This document shows, piece after piece, positions 10,077 through 20,302 of a stretch of 64,000 bases of DNA (its first letter is position 1; each line of letters starts with the position of its first letter). The position numbers were made by a program, and so were the translations under genes. The DNA lies in the NCBI GenBank assembly GCA_965248755.1, contig OZ252149.1, forward strand, positions 2,656,001 to 2,720,000. The letters run 5' to 3'. The notes under the pieces were generated by a model. That model was not told where the DNA came from. It saw only the letters and a program-made list of their open reading frames with translations, and did not search any database. The stretch is from Candidatus Latescibacterota bacterium. Its GTDB lineage: Bacteria; Latescibacterota; CBDEFO01.

Positions 10077-11201
10077 CTAAAACTGACCACTGCAGAGCTT
10101 CTCAATCATGCGCTGGTACGTTCCGACGGCCTCTCTAAGCTCTGCTATTTCAATCCACTCACCGACCGTATGCGCCTGGGCGATGTCTCCGGGACCCAGG
10201 ATCACGAGTTGAAGGTGATCTTTGAAGATCGCCGCATCTGTGCCAAACGGCACCGTTCTTGGTTTCTCCGCTCCAGTGGCTTCAAGCGCAATCTGAACGA
10301 TCTCTGCCTCAGGTGAAATGTAAAACGGACCGTTGACGGACGAGGCTACTTCAAAACCATAACTCATGGCTTTTCCCGCCACCATAGCGATCACGTCGTG
10401 ACTGCGATCGTTCGGCATCGTCCTGAATCCGATGGTGCAGATTGTCTTTTCTGCAGTAACGTTGGGCTTACAGCCGCCGTCATCCAGGACCATATTGAAT
10501 CCGATAGTCGGAGGATCGAACTGGTGATTCATAAACGACTCGTCGGTCTTGAACATCCTGGCCAGTTCGGCCATCTCTGCCAGAAAGGGAGCGATGAGGA
10601 AGTTCGCTGAGATGCCTAGATCGGCACTTGTATGGGCAGCCCTACCGTGAGCAGTCACGATCACTCGGCCGCCCCCCTTATGTGCGTAGACGGGAATCAG
10701 GCTTGTCGGCTCGGCTATCACACCGTATCTAGGACGAACCGTCTTGAAGTGAACGGACTCTTCAGCTACCTGGCAGGCGCCCTGACCCGTGATCTCCTCA
10801 TCCGCCGTGATGACAATAAGAAGGGGCCTCTTGAGTTTGGCGCCGTCGACTCTGGCCCCAGCGGCAATTGTGGCGGCCAGCGGACCCTTCATATCGCAAC
10901 TGCCAAGACCGATGAGGCGACCATCTTCAATTGCAGGATCTAACGCATCCCTGTCCCACTCGTCGGCAGGAACAGTATCCGAGTGTGATAACAGTGCAAA
11001 ACCACCTGCACCCTCGCCCTTCTTACCCACCAGACTGACCTTGTGCTCGCCGTTCAGGTCCACGTACTCCAGACGTTCTACTTCAAAGGAATACCGCTCC
11101 AACGTCTCTTCAAGGAGATCGGAAACTTGTGCGTTGCTCTCTCGGCTGACAGAGCCAACTGCTACGAGGTCTCTGGTAAGTTGAACTACGTCAACTTCCA
11201 T
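10077..11201 (-). CDS. M20 metallopeptidase, ArgE/DapE-like deacylase
   Basis: SHSDTVP, GLGSCDMKG, ADEE, AEPT, GPGDIAQAHT. Confidence 0.9.
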   Translation of the reverse strand: MEVDVVQLTRDLVAVGSVSRESNAQVSDLLEETLERYSFEVERLEYVDLNGEHKVSLVGKKGEGAGGFALLSHSDTVPADEWDRDALDPAIEDGRLIGLGSCDMKGPLAATIAAGARVDGAKLKRPLLIVITADEEITGQGACQVAEESVHFKTVRPRYGVIAEPTSLIPVYAHKGGGRVIVTAHGRAAHTSADLGISANFLIAPFLAEMAELARMFKTDESFMNHQFDPPTIGFNMVLDDGGCKPNVTAEKTICTIGFRTMPNDRSHDVIAMVAGKAMSYGFEVASSVNGPFYISPEAEIVQIALEATGAEKPRTVPFGTDAAIFKDHLQLVILGPGDIAQAHTVGEWIEIAELREAVGTYQRMIEKLCSGQF

Positions 11202-11717
11202 TTAGTAACTCCCATTTCAGAAAAGCGCTGTAACGCAGATTTTCCAACTGAGGATATTATATTGTAGCAAGAATAAGTTGTTTTGGCCAGAAAGTCAACT
11301 AAAAATTGACATCGCTATATACTGTCTGTCATTTTTCTACTGCAAGCACAAGAAGTTGATATTATCCCCACAATTCCAATTCACATCCCAAAGTTCCCTT
11401 TGTATCTCCCGTCCTGAAGTGGGTTATACAAGCTTCGTCAATATCCAGAACAACAAGGGCGACTAAACACGATGATTAAGAAAGTTATCGCCCAAGCTCC
11501 CGACCGTGTAGTAGTCGCAGACATCCCTCTTCCCTTTACGCAGGCACCTGACGCTTACAGAATGCTCATGGAAAAGCCGCAGGAAAACGTTGCTGTCTTG
11601 TTGCAATGGGACTGAGAAGAAGTAGAGAGAGTGCAGAGAGAGTGATTAGCCCAGTTAGTGTCTTTCTGCCACCCAGGCAAAGCGCGCAACGCCCCGAAGA
11701 ATCCCATGACGCCAACT

Positions 11718-12539
11718 TCACCTATCGGATAAGTCGTCTCCCAGATCGGTGGAGTCGAATTTGCCCTTTTCGAGGCAGACGGCCATGTTGATAAGCTCTA
11801 TATCCCGGTCCGTGTGGTTGTATATCCCGTGAGATCCTCCAAGCCTGTTAGGCACAATGTCGCCTGCCTTCACTTCCTCTGTCTCATCGTCCACAGTAAT
11901 TCTTCCGCTCCCCGAAAGTATTATATAGCACTCCTCCATTGTGTCGTGCTTGTGGTAGCCGATCGAACAGGCTGGAGGTATGAGTACGTGATGGCTGAAG
12001 CCCCAGGAGGTCTTAAAGTCTTTGTGAGACCAGAGTACCCGAATGCCGATTTCACCTTTGCCCTGATGAGCACTGCTGCTCCATTTTAGGAGGTTTTTGT
12101 CCAAATAGGCTTTTGGAAGCTTTTCCGGAGGACCGGGTTCTTCCTTTGCCAGGTCGTCTTCGAAGTTGCGGCAGTCGTATGGTAGGCCTGGGCTCACTAC
12201 CCCCATGTTCATAAACTGCGACTCCATGTCAGTGTGGTTGTAGAGGCCGTGCGAGTCTCCCTTAAAGCAGGGGACCATCACAGGGCCTTTGAGTTCTGCG
12301 GTGTTTCCGTTGTGCGTGAACATCGCGGCGTTGTCGAAGATCGTGTACATCTCCTCCATAGCCTCGTGGGCGTGGTGTCCGATGCCCGATTTTGGCGGCA
12401 GAACGCCCATGCCGATGAATAACCATGGCGTCTGAAAATCCTCTTCTCCCCACATATTCATATATTGTATCGCCCCAGCGCCAAAGTGGGACTTTTCGGG
12501 TTCTCCGTATTTCGCTGGGTCATTGTGAGCGATTCTCAT
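11718..12539 (-). CDS. Tandem (bi-)cupin protein
   Basis: Two IG-x-H-x-H..EE..SHG-x-YN repeats. Confidence 0.85.
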   Translation of the reverse strand: MRIAHNDPAKYGEPEKSHFGAGAIQYMNMWGEEDFQTPWLFIGMGVLPPKSGIGHHAHEAMEEMYTIFDNAAMFTHNGNTAELKGPVMVPCFKGDSHGLYNHTDMESQFMNMGVVSPGLPYDCRNFEDDLAKEEPGPPEKLPKAYLDKNLLKWSSSAHQGKGEIGIRVLWSHKDFKTSWGFSHHVLIPPACSIGYHKHDTMEECYIILSGSGRITVDDETEEVKAGDIVPNRLGGSHGIYNHTDRDIELINMAVCLEKGKFDSTDLGDDLSDR

Positions 12540-12747
12540 GGCTTGTATCTCCTTTTTTCGTTATTGTGATAGGCTCAACCGAGGATATTATAAAGAAATT
12601 TGCGCCTGACATCAACACAAAAATGCAGGTTTTTAGTTTAGGATTGACGGGAGGGGATTTACTCTATATATTGGGATTATCAAAGTTTGCTCGATTGCTT
12701 TTCAGCTATCTTAGCGTCAGATGGAGAATATCACTCTGGAGGTAAAT

Positions 12748-12927
12748 ATGTCGATTGGATTTTGCGCCTATGCGTTCATGTATAGAACGGGATCTTGGGG
12801 GGGAAATCCTGACGTCTACGGGCTGATCAATCTGGCTTTTGAGAACGGATTGAAGAGTCTGGAATTTCCGCGCCTGTCCCGCCTGAGAAGACTGGCGCTC
12901 GCCCTGGGAGAGCAAGAAGTCTCATGA
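12748..12927 (+). pseudogene. Possible N-terminal remnant of a sugar-phosphate isomerase/TIM-barrel gene
   Basis: GGAGG RBS; MSIGFCAYAF..LINLAFENGLKSLEF then early stop. Confidence 0.3.
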
Positions 12928-13388
12928 GATTTTACCCGATTACGAACTGATGGCCTTTAGGGAGATTGTGGACTTTATGAAAAGCAAGGGTCTCATTGGA
13001 AAGCAAATCCTTGACCTTCCAAGACTGAGGATAGTTCCGAACGCCTATTTAGCATCCCTTGCAATCGGGGCTATCTGTCTCGGAGAGACACAAATGGATT
13101 TGTCCAGACGAGGAAACTGATATTGATGAAATAAGCTCCGTAGACCTTGTTTACAAAACTTCACAGAGTATCGAGTCATATCCCATATGAATTGATGGGC
13201 TTTTTCTTTCGTCAACAGGACTAGCAACTCTTGTCGAAACTGGGTACAGTACTACGAGAGGGTATCTGTAAAACCCTTGTGAGAATGGTTTCTCAAGTGC
13301 TTGATTTTAGTGGGCCAATGTTTTTAATTAAGACTACAACAATCAAAAAAATCGTCAGTCTATATCGTAAGTATCTAAGGAGATCACC

Positions 13389-14177
13389 ATAAAAGTTCCT
13401 ATTCTCGTATATCACCACGTCCATCCCGATGCTGTGGCGGAAGCGAAGTCCACATTGAAAAAGAGTGCCACCGGCGCGATCGGACAAGCGGAGTTCCGAC
13501 GCCAGATGTCATATATAGCTGAAGAGGGATGGAAGGTTGTTTCCACCACTCGTATTCTGGATTGGCTACTTGATGATGTGCCACTTCCTTAACGATCAGT
13601 TGCCCTGCACTTTGACAACGGCTGGCTCGACACACGTACAGCAGCGATGCCTATCTTGCAGGAGTTCGGCATGACTGGAACTTGCTATTTGATCACCGAA
13701 GCGATCAACGCGTCCTCTGAGGGCAAATCCTCAACAATTCGTACTCAGACAGAAGGCCTAATCGAAAAGCCTTTTATGACGTGGGATCTTGCGGAGGAAC
13801 TGATCGAGGCAGGATGGGAAATCGGCGCACATACGGCCACCCACTGCAAGCTTGCGGATAAGCTTACCAACGAGGGCGACGAGGGCGTAATCTGGGAGGT
13901 GGAAAGCTCCAATAGTGTCTTTGCCGAGCGCCTGGGCTTTGTGGCCGCACATTTTGCCTACCCCAGCGGCTCGCGCAACGAAAGGACGGATGAACTGTTA
14001 GCTCCGTACTACCGTTCACTGCGTCTATGGCACTATGGCTATCCTATTGTGTGGACCTGTACTGATCGCAATACTTCTCGACTAGCTCTGGACTGTCAAA
14101 ATGTCGACAATACCGTCCCTTTTGAGGACTTTGTGCGCATCTTCAATGAGGCGCAGAACGGCGATCTCAATCCATAA
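13389..14177 (+). pseudogene. Polysaccharide deacetylase (CE4) pseudogene
   Basis: After the AAGGAG RBS the frame begins ATA-KVPILVYHHV; in-frame TAA at 13590; LHFDNG, EIGAHTATH, FAYPSG motifs. Confidence 0.8.
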
Positions 14178-14907
14178 GAATCCCTCCGTTGACGTCCAGG
14201 ATCTCACCTGTGATGAATTTGGCTTTATCAGAGGCTAAAAAGACCACAGCTTGGGCTATGTCCTCAGCCTCGCCGAATCTTCCGAGCGGTATGCCCTTTA
14301 TGATAAATTCCCTCTGCTCCTTCGTGGTGACGTTGTGGAAGGGAGTGTTGATAGGTCCGGGGCAGATGGCGTTGACCGTCACCTGGTATGGAGCCAGTAT
14401 CTTGGCAAAGTTCTTGGTAACGCAGATTACTCCGGCTTTCGAGACGGAGTAGTTCATTCCTGTATATATGCCTCCTATTTTGCCCACAACGGACGATATA
14501 TTTACGATCCTTCCGTATTTCTGCTCCTGCATCTTCTTCATCACCGCCCGACAGCCCGTGAAGACCCCCCACAGTTGGATGTCGAAGACCCTATCCCATT
14601 CTTGCTTAGTCATATCCTCCACAGAGGTGGTACAGTTAAGTCCTGCGTTGTTGACCAGTATATCCACCCTGTCGAATCTGTCCAGAGTCACCTCCACCAT
14701 CTTTTGGACGTCGTTCTCGTCGGCGACGTTTACCTTGACGCAGAGCGTCTCTCCATCTTTGGCTTTGATTTCTTCCGCTACTTCCTCCGCTTTTTCCAGA
14801 TTCAGGTCGGCCAGGACTACAGAGGCCCCTTCATCTGCTAAAGCCTGTGTTGTGGCTTTGCCTATGCCTGAGGCGGCTCCTGTGACTATGGCTACTGTGT
14901 CCTTCAT
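14167..14907 (-). CDS. SDR oxidoreductase (FabG-like)
   Basis: TGAASGIG, NNAG, YSVSK, NAICPG, ITGEILDVNGG. Confidence 0.92.
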   Translation of the reverse strand: MKDTVAIVTGAASGIGKATTQALADEGASVVLADLNLEKAEEVAEEIKAKDGETLCVKVNVADENDVQKMVEVTLDRFDRVDILVNNAGLNCTTSVEDMTKQEWDRVFDIQLWGVFTGCRAVMKKMQEQKYGRIVNISSVVGKIGGIYTGMNYSVSKAGVICVTKNFAKILAPYQVTVNAICPGPINTPFHNVTTKEQREFIIKGIPLGRFGEAEDIAQAVVFLASDKAKFITGEILDVNGGILMD

Positions 14908-15226
14908 TTTTCACCTCCAATTTTCTATTCCCATTTCCCCACATACAGTTTCCGATTTTCCAGAGGCAGCGAAACCGCCTCCGCTGTGGCGGCGTAATCT
15001 GAAAAAAGTAGAGGACCAGCTCATGACTGGGACAGGTAGGTTGAGATCGCCCAACGTGTCAGAGTCTGCCCTAAAGTAGCAAATTCTTCGACCGCAGTCA
15101 ATAAAAAAGCCAAATCCGGGCAAAGAGCGAAAACTCCTTGTCTTTTAGACTCGATTTAGCTATACTTAGTAACTATATAGAAAGACGAGTCCCAGCTTCA
15201 ACTTCAATTTTGGAGGGTTTATTCCT

Positions 15227-16063
15227 CTGTCCACAACGAATTTCGTATGTCGAGTATGTCTCACCCTCATCGTCCTGTCTTCTGGATGCACCAGCGTGTC
15301 CAAGATGAAGCAGCAGTACGATTCCGGAGACGAGTCTAAGTTCCACGATCTGGTCAGGATAGTGGGCGATTACACATATCCTTACTCCACCAGGAAGAAG
15401 GCGGCTAGAGCCCTTGGCGAGATAGGCGATAAGAGAGCTGTCCCAGCGCTGGTAAGGGCTCTCGTCAGCGACGCCGACGGCAGAGACGGCCTTGAGAAGG
15501 AGGCCATAATAGCCTTGGGGAAGATAAAGGACAGTTCGGTAGTTCCCGCACTGGCGGCGGCTTTGACTACGAAGGAGGAACTCACGATAGACGCTACACG
15601 GGCCTTGGGGGAGATAGGCGGCCCCAGATCAGTAGAAGTCCTTGTAAACATGATCAAGTTCTACACCAGCATTGAGGAAAGGATGCATCTTAAGGCTCGG
15701 TTCCGGGACCCAACAGGTGTGCTGGAAGATGAAGATTCCCCTGACAGTTCAGAAGATAAGGAGGATAAATCGGATATCCCGACGGATCTATCCGTCGGCA
15801 AGAGGGACAGGCGCCCCGTAGCGCCGGGGGGCTTTTTCGGAGGTCCTAGACCCTTGCGTATCGAGGAGAAAGATGAAGCTGACAAGTTAGCCGAGCAGAT
15901 GGAGGAGACGGTAGCGGCGATGGTAACAATAGGAGATGAAGCCCTTCCCGTTCTGACAGAAGTGCTCGATACTCTCAAGCCCGGGGAGGAGAGATTAGGA
16001 GCCCATATAGCCGACATAATAAGCAGGATAACTGAAAATAGAGAGAATATCCAACAAAGGTGA
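15227..16063 (+). CDS. HEAT/PBS-lyase repeat lipoprotein (probable non-canonical start)
   Basis: AARALGEIGD/ALGKIKD/ALGEIGG repeats; in-frame upstream hydrophobic stretch and lipobox LSSG-C; GGAGG RBS before CTG at 15227. Confidence 0.7.
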   Translation: MSTTNFVCRVCLTLIVLSSGCTSVSKMKQQYDSGDESKFHDLVRIVGDYTYPYSTRKKAARALGEIGDKRAVPALVRALVSDADGRDGLEKEAIIALGKIKDSSVVPALAAALTTKEELTIDATRALGEIGGPRSVEVLVNMIKFYTSIEERMHLKARFRDPTGVLEDEDSPDSSEDKEDKSDIPTDLSVGKRDRRPVAPGGFFGGPRPLRIEEKDEADKLAEQMEETVAAMVTIGDEALPVLTEVLDTLKPGEERLGAHIADIISRITENRENIQQR

Positions 16064-16064
16064 G

Positions 16065-17822
16065 TTAAGCCTTTTTATCTTCAGCTGATGCTATCAACCG
16101 TGGCGCCACAAAGAGGGTCTTTTCTCGCTGTATCAGGGCAAAGCCGGGTTCTCCTCCTTTTGGTTTATTGACATATTTGACGAGTGTATAATCTACGGGA
16201 ACTGTCTTCGATCCCTTAGCCTTGCTCCAAAACGCTGCAAGTGCTCCCGCTTCTTCCAGGGTCCTGCGGCTCGGTTCGTCTGACTTTATCTTCTTCTGGA
16301 GTATCACGTGCGAGCCGGGATAGCCTCTGGCGTGCAGCCATATATCGTCCCTTGACGCCTTTTTATGCGTTAGGATATCGTTTTCTTTATTGCTACGGCC
16401 GACCAGTACCGTCCATCCGTCGGAGGTCACGTACCTTCTGGGGCTTATCTTTGACGGGTCGCGGACTTTTTGCTTCTTATCGTCCTTCTTTTTAATGAGT
16501 CCTTCGGAAATAAGCTTGTCTTTGAGGTATTCTAATTTCCTCAAATCTTGAGCTGAGAGGAGGATTGAGCGATAGTTTTTTAGAGTCGAAAGCTGGCTCT
16601 TTGTAGCTTCAGTCCGACGATAGACGATTCTTCGGCTTGCTTTGGCTTTTCGGTACATCTTGAAGTATTCCTGGGCATTCTGGACGGCGGAGAGCCTAGG
16701 GTCGAGGTCGATTGAGATATTGGCTCCCTTTGGATCATAGACATCTTCAAGTTCTACGGACTCAGACCTTTTGGGGATTTTGTGGATATTGGACAGGAGT
16801 ATATTGCCTTTTTTTAGAGGAATTTCGGCCTCTTCGGCCCTTTGGAGGTCTCCTTTGAGGAGCTCAAGCCTCCTTTCGAGAGGCTTTATCTTCTGATCCA
16901 GGGTTGATCTCAACTCGACTTTGAGCCGATTTACCCGTTCTGACTCAACTTTGTGTCCAAAGACGGTCTCTATAGCTTCGCTGATGGGTAAAGGGCGGGA
17001 TTTTCGACTATGCTCTATAAAAGATAGATCCACCGAGGAAAAATCGAGCGGCTTGCCGTCGCGGTCTAGTATAACAAAGGCGTCCTTCGAATCGGGGTTC
17101 TCCCATTCGGAATAGAGTTCAAGGGCGGATTTCCATAAAGAATCTATCTTCTGGTCGCCCACCTGTCCGAGGCACATCGAACTTTCGAGTCCGGCTTTAA
17201 GGCATATCTCTTCGGATACGTGGCGGCTTAATCCCGTCAGCGTCTTGGAAAGGGCATGCGCTAGCTTATCTTCCGAAAGAGAATTGAGACGTTCCTTGAA
17301 TTGAAGGTGATCTGCATCCAGTGGAAATAGTCTGTCCTGAGGAGGCGGTGGACTGTAAGGAAGACCGGGCAATATCTCTCGGATCCTGCTCATTGTGGAG
17401 GTGACCCTTCGCACGCACCCGACTATCCGTCCGCTCGATTCGTCTATGGCTATTGTGTTGCTGTTTCTGCCCGAAAGTTCCAAGATTAGACGGGACTTTA
17501 TATCGCCTTCTACTTCGTCCTCCTTCTCAAGATGGATGGAGATAATACGGTCGGTGCGGTCGGGCCGGACGTCTTTAACGAACGATCCAGAGAGGTACTG
17601 TGAGGCCCAGTCAGGAGGGGAACCTCCTTTGCCCGGTCTTTCCGATGAGATCAGCATCCGGGCCAGATGCGGTGAGGCCGAGACCAAGACCCAGTCTCTC
17701 TTGTCGACCTCCAGCCACAGATCGTATTCTCCAGAAAGGCGCGCAGAGGTAATTTTACCTCCTTTCAACCTGTCTTTGAGTTCTTTAGATAAGGCTCTGA
17801 TTGTGAAATAGTCAAATGGCAT
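16065..17822 (-). CDS. rqcH: Ribosome quality control RqcH/Rqc2 (NFACT, FbpA family)
   Basis: DRII, ELSGRNSN, NAQEYFK, VGRSNKEND, WLHARGYPGSHV, VPVDYT. Confidence 0.92.
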   Translation of the reverse strand: MPFDYFTIRALSKELKDRLKGGKITSARLSGEYDLWLEVDKRDWVLVSASPHLARMLISSERPGKGGSPPDWASQYLSGSFVKDVRPDRTDRIISIHLEKEDEVEGDIKSRLILELSGRNSNTIAIDESSGRIVGCVRRVTSTMSRIREILPGLPYSPPPPQDRLFPLDADHLQFKERLNSLSEDKLAHALSKTLTGLSRHVSEEICLKAGLESSMCLGQVGDQKIDSLWKSALELYSEWENPDSKDAFVILDRDGKPLDFSSVDLSFIEHSRKSRPLPISEAIETVFGHKVESERVNRLKVELRSTLDQKIKPLERRLELLKGDLQRAEEAEIPLKKGNILLSNIHKIPKRSESVELEDVYDPKGANISIDLDPRLSAVQNAQEYFKMYRKAKASRRIVYRRTEATKSQLSTLKNYRSILLSAQDLRKLEYLKDKLISEGLIKKKDDKKQKVRDPSKISPRRYVTSDGWTVLVGRSNKENDILTHKKASRDDIWLHARGYPGSHVILQKKIKSDEPSRRTLEEAGALAAFWSKAKGSKTVPVDYTLVKYVNKPKGGEPGFALIQREKTLFVAPRLIASAEDKKA

Positions 17823-17980
17823 TTCAAAGTCGTGAAACTATGAATCACAAACGCAGTGAGATTATAGGTGGTTGCCTTAGTTTCGTTAAGAAAAGATAAC
17901 ATCGTTAGGTACATCTGTCAAGCTGGGAAGGCGATTATCTCTGACCGCTGATTGGACAGCTGAAATTAAATATGGAAGCA

Positions 17981-18459
17981 ATGTTAAGTTTTGCGGAATC
18001 TTATCTGGGTCAGCTTCGAAAGCTAGTCGGTAATCGGACTTAATCCACCCAGCCATAAGGGCCATTATTCAAGATAAGCAAGGACGAGTTCTATTCGTGC
18101 ACCGTAAGGATAATGACGAATGGGTCATGCCAGCAGGCTGTATGGAACTCGATGAGTCTGCCTTTGATTGTCTTAAACGAGAAGTTAAAGAAGAAACTGG
18201 GCTCGAGATAATATCTGCTACTCCAATCGCTATTTACTCTGAGCCAAGGTTTTCATTTACCAATGAATACGGCGCTGAGCATCAAATGTTTGCCATTGTA
18301 TTTAGGGTAGATGAATGGAGCGGCTTGCTGGTGTCCGAGACGGATGAGACGGTAGATGCACGCTTCTTTCCCGTAAATGAACTACCTGATATTCCGGACC
18401 TGTATCGGGAAACGTTGGAAGATCTAAAGAACTTTGATAGCCGATTGATTCTGAAGTGA
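17981..18459 (+). pseudogene. NUDIX hydrolase with a frameshift near 18038
   Basis: SYLGQLRKLVGNR then shift to LIHPAIRAII..; Nudix box G.MELDES....REVKEETG. Confidence 0.75.
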
Positions 18460-18585
18460 TGCGACTTCAGGATGTTGCGATGCTGCTGGCAAGCGGGTAG
18501 TCACGTAAGGAGTGAGGAACGTCCGCTGCGACGCAACGATTTTTACGAGCGCAACACTCTATTCTGTTGCAAAGGAGGTGCTCCC

Positions 18586-19728
18586 ATGGGAATGTTTGTC
18601 GGCAGAGGCAGAAAAGCCAGAAGGTGCTACGGCTTTGATGAAATATCTTTGGTGCCCGGAGATATCACCATCAATCCGAACGATGTGGATCCATCGTGGG
18701 AACTGTGCCGCAGGAGATTCGAAGTCCCTATAATAGCGGCGGCGATGGATGGGGTCGTAGATGTCAACTTCGCCATCCAGATGGGGCGTCTGGGAGGCCT
18801 GGCTGTTTTGAACTTAGAGGGGATTCAGACAAGATATGAAGACCCCAAGCCCATTTTCGAGGAAATAGCACAGGCCAGCTATAAGGAGGCCACAGCACTA
18901 GTTCAGGATATCTATAAGGAGCCGATCAAGGAGGAACTCGTCTTCAAAAGGATACGTCAGATCAAAGAGGCGGGAGTCCCGGCCGTAGTCTCTTCGATCC
19001 CTCAAAGAGCTGAAAGATTCGGGAAGATAGCACAAGAGGCCGAGGTGGATATCTTCGTGGTTCAGTCCACGGTAACTACGGCAAGGCATATTTCTACTGA
19101 GTACGAGACGCTCGATCTTGAGAAATTCTGCAATACAATGACCGCCCCGGTCATCACTGGGAACTGCGTGACCCACAGTACGGCTTTGGAGCTTATGCGC
19201 ACCGGCGTTGATGCTCTCCTGGTAGGGATCGGACCGGGGGCGGCCTGCACGAGCAGAGCCGTACTGGGAATCGGGGTCCCTCAGGTTACGGCTATCATAG
19301 ACTGCGCCTGGGCTCGGGATTTCTACTACAAACAGACGGCCAGGTACGTTCCGATCATCGCAGACGGCGGCATGAGTGCAGGAGGGGATATCTGCAAAGC
19401 CTTAGCCTGCGGAGCAGACGCGGTGATGGTCGGCTCTGCCTTTGCAAAGGCTAAGGAGTCTCCGGGGAAGGGTTACCACTGGGGTATGGCGACCCCCCAT
19501 GCTAATCTCCCCAGAGGCACCAGGATACACGTAGGAGTGACCGGAAGCCTTGAGCAGATAATCTACGGTCCGGCTGCCCTGGACGACGGATCTCAGAACC
19601 TGATGGGGGCCATAAGGACTTCGATGGGGAGTCTGGGCTCCCGTAACATCACAGAGATGCAGCTTGTGGAGATCATCATAGCCCCGGCTATAACTACAGA
19701 AGGCAAGGTCTTCCAGAACGCCCGGTAG
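18586..19728 (+). CDS. guaB3: GuaB3-type IMP dehydrogenase-related protein
   Basis: RRCYGFDEISLVP, AMDGV, VGIGPGAACTSR, IIADGG, WGMA; AGGAGG RBS. Confidence 0.88.
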   Translation: MGMFVGRGRKARRCYGFDEISLVPGDITINPNDVDPSWELCRRRFEVPIIAAAMDGVVDVNFAIQMGRLGGLAVLNLEGIQTRYEDPKPIFEEIAQASYKEATALVQDIYKEPIKEELVFKRIRQIKEAGVPAVVSSIPQRAERFGKIAQEAEVDIFVVQSTVTTARHISTEYETLDLEKFCNTMTAPVITGNCVTHSTALELMRTGVDALLVGIGPGAACTSRAVLGIGVPQVTAIIDCAWARDFYYKQTARYVPIIADGGMSAGGDICKALACGADAVMVGSAFAKAKESPGKGYHWGMATPHANLPRGTRIHVGVTGSLEQIIYGPAALDDGSQNLMGAIRTSMGSLGSRNITEMQLVEIIIAPAITTEGKVFQNAR

Positions 19729-19742
19729 TCAGTAGACAGATC

Positions 19743-19762
19743 GCCGATAGATTCAATCGAGG
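19743..19762. repeat. Palindromic repeat copy (intergenic)
   Basis: GCCGATAGATTCAATCGAGG. Confidence 0.6.
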
Positions 19763-19855
19763 ATTCCATCAGAGTGCCAGGGGAACTGTGCCCCCCTGCC
19801 TATCCACTTAAGGAAAGCTCTCAAGAGTGCCTTACCCAGGGGACCGAGGAGCAAA

Positions 19856-20302
19856 ATGGCCCTAAATGGCAATATGTCTGAGCCCATAAAGTCCTGGATC
19901 ACACAGTTGTGGGTTAAAGACTTCTCTATCTGTCTGTTATTGATCCTCCTTTTGGTAGTCCTCCTTATACCAAAATTTACTCAGATTAGCCAAGAGGAGA
20001 GAAGGTTCGGCAGAGCAAAGACGGTATTAGAGCAGATATACGGTCTTGAGCGTAAATTCTACATCGAGCATCATCACTATACAGATAACCTCGATTCGCT
20101 TAATTTCATTCATCCTGGTGATTCCTATATCTATGGTATAACGGTAGCAAGCGATACCTTCTTTATCGCTACCTCGTTTCCCGAAGAAGGGCACGAGGAC
20201 AGTTGGGGGATATGGGCGGTGGATCAGACAGGGAAGGTGACACAGACCCCCTATGTCCGCTTAAATTACCAAGAGGAAATGAACCTTGAACAACGTCGCT
20301 GA
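19856..20302 (+). CDS. Type IV pilin-like (PilE-like) membrane protein
   Basis: Hydrophobic helix then IPKF..AKTVLEQIYGLERKFY..Y..Y.I..W.VDQTG; no canonical G/F-xxx-E cleavage site seen. Confidence 0.55.
   Translation: MALNGNMSEPIKSWITQLWVKDFSICLLLILLLVVLLIPKFTQISQEERRFGRAKTVLEQIYGLERKFYIEHHHYTDNLDSLNFIHPGDSYIYGITVASDTFFIATSFPEEGHEDSWGIWAVDQTGKVTQTPYVRLNYQEEMNLEQRR

Noticed and set aside
18460..18585. Purine riboswitch upstream of guaB3
   Set aside because: Conserved purine-riboswitch motifs not recognisable
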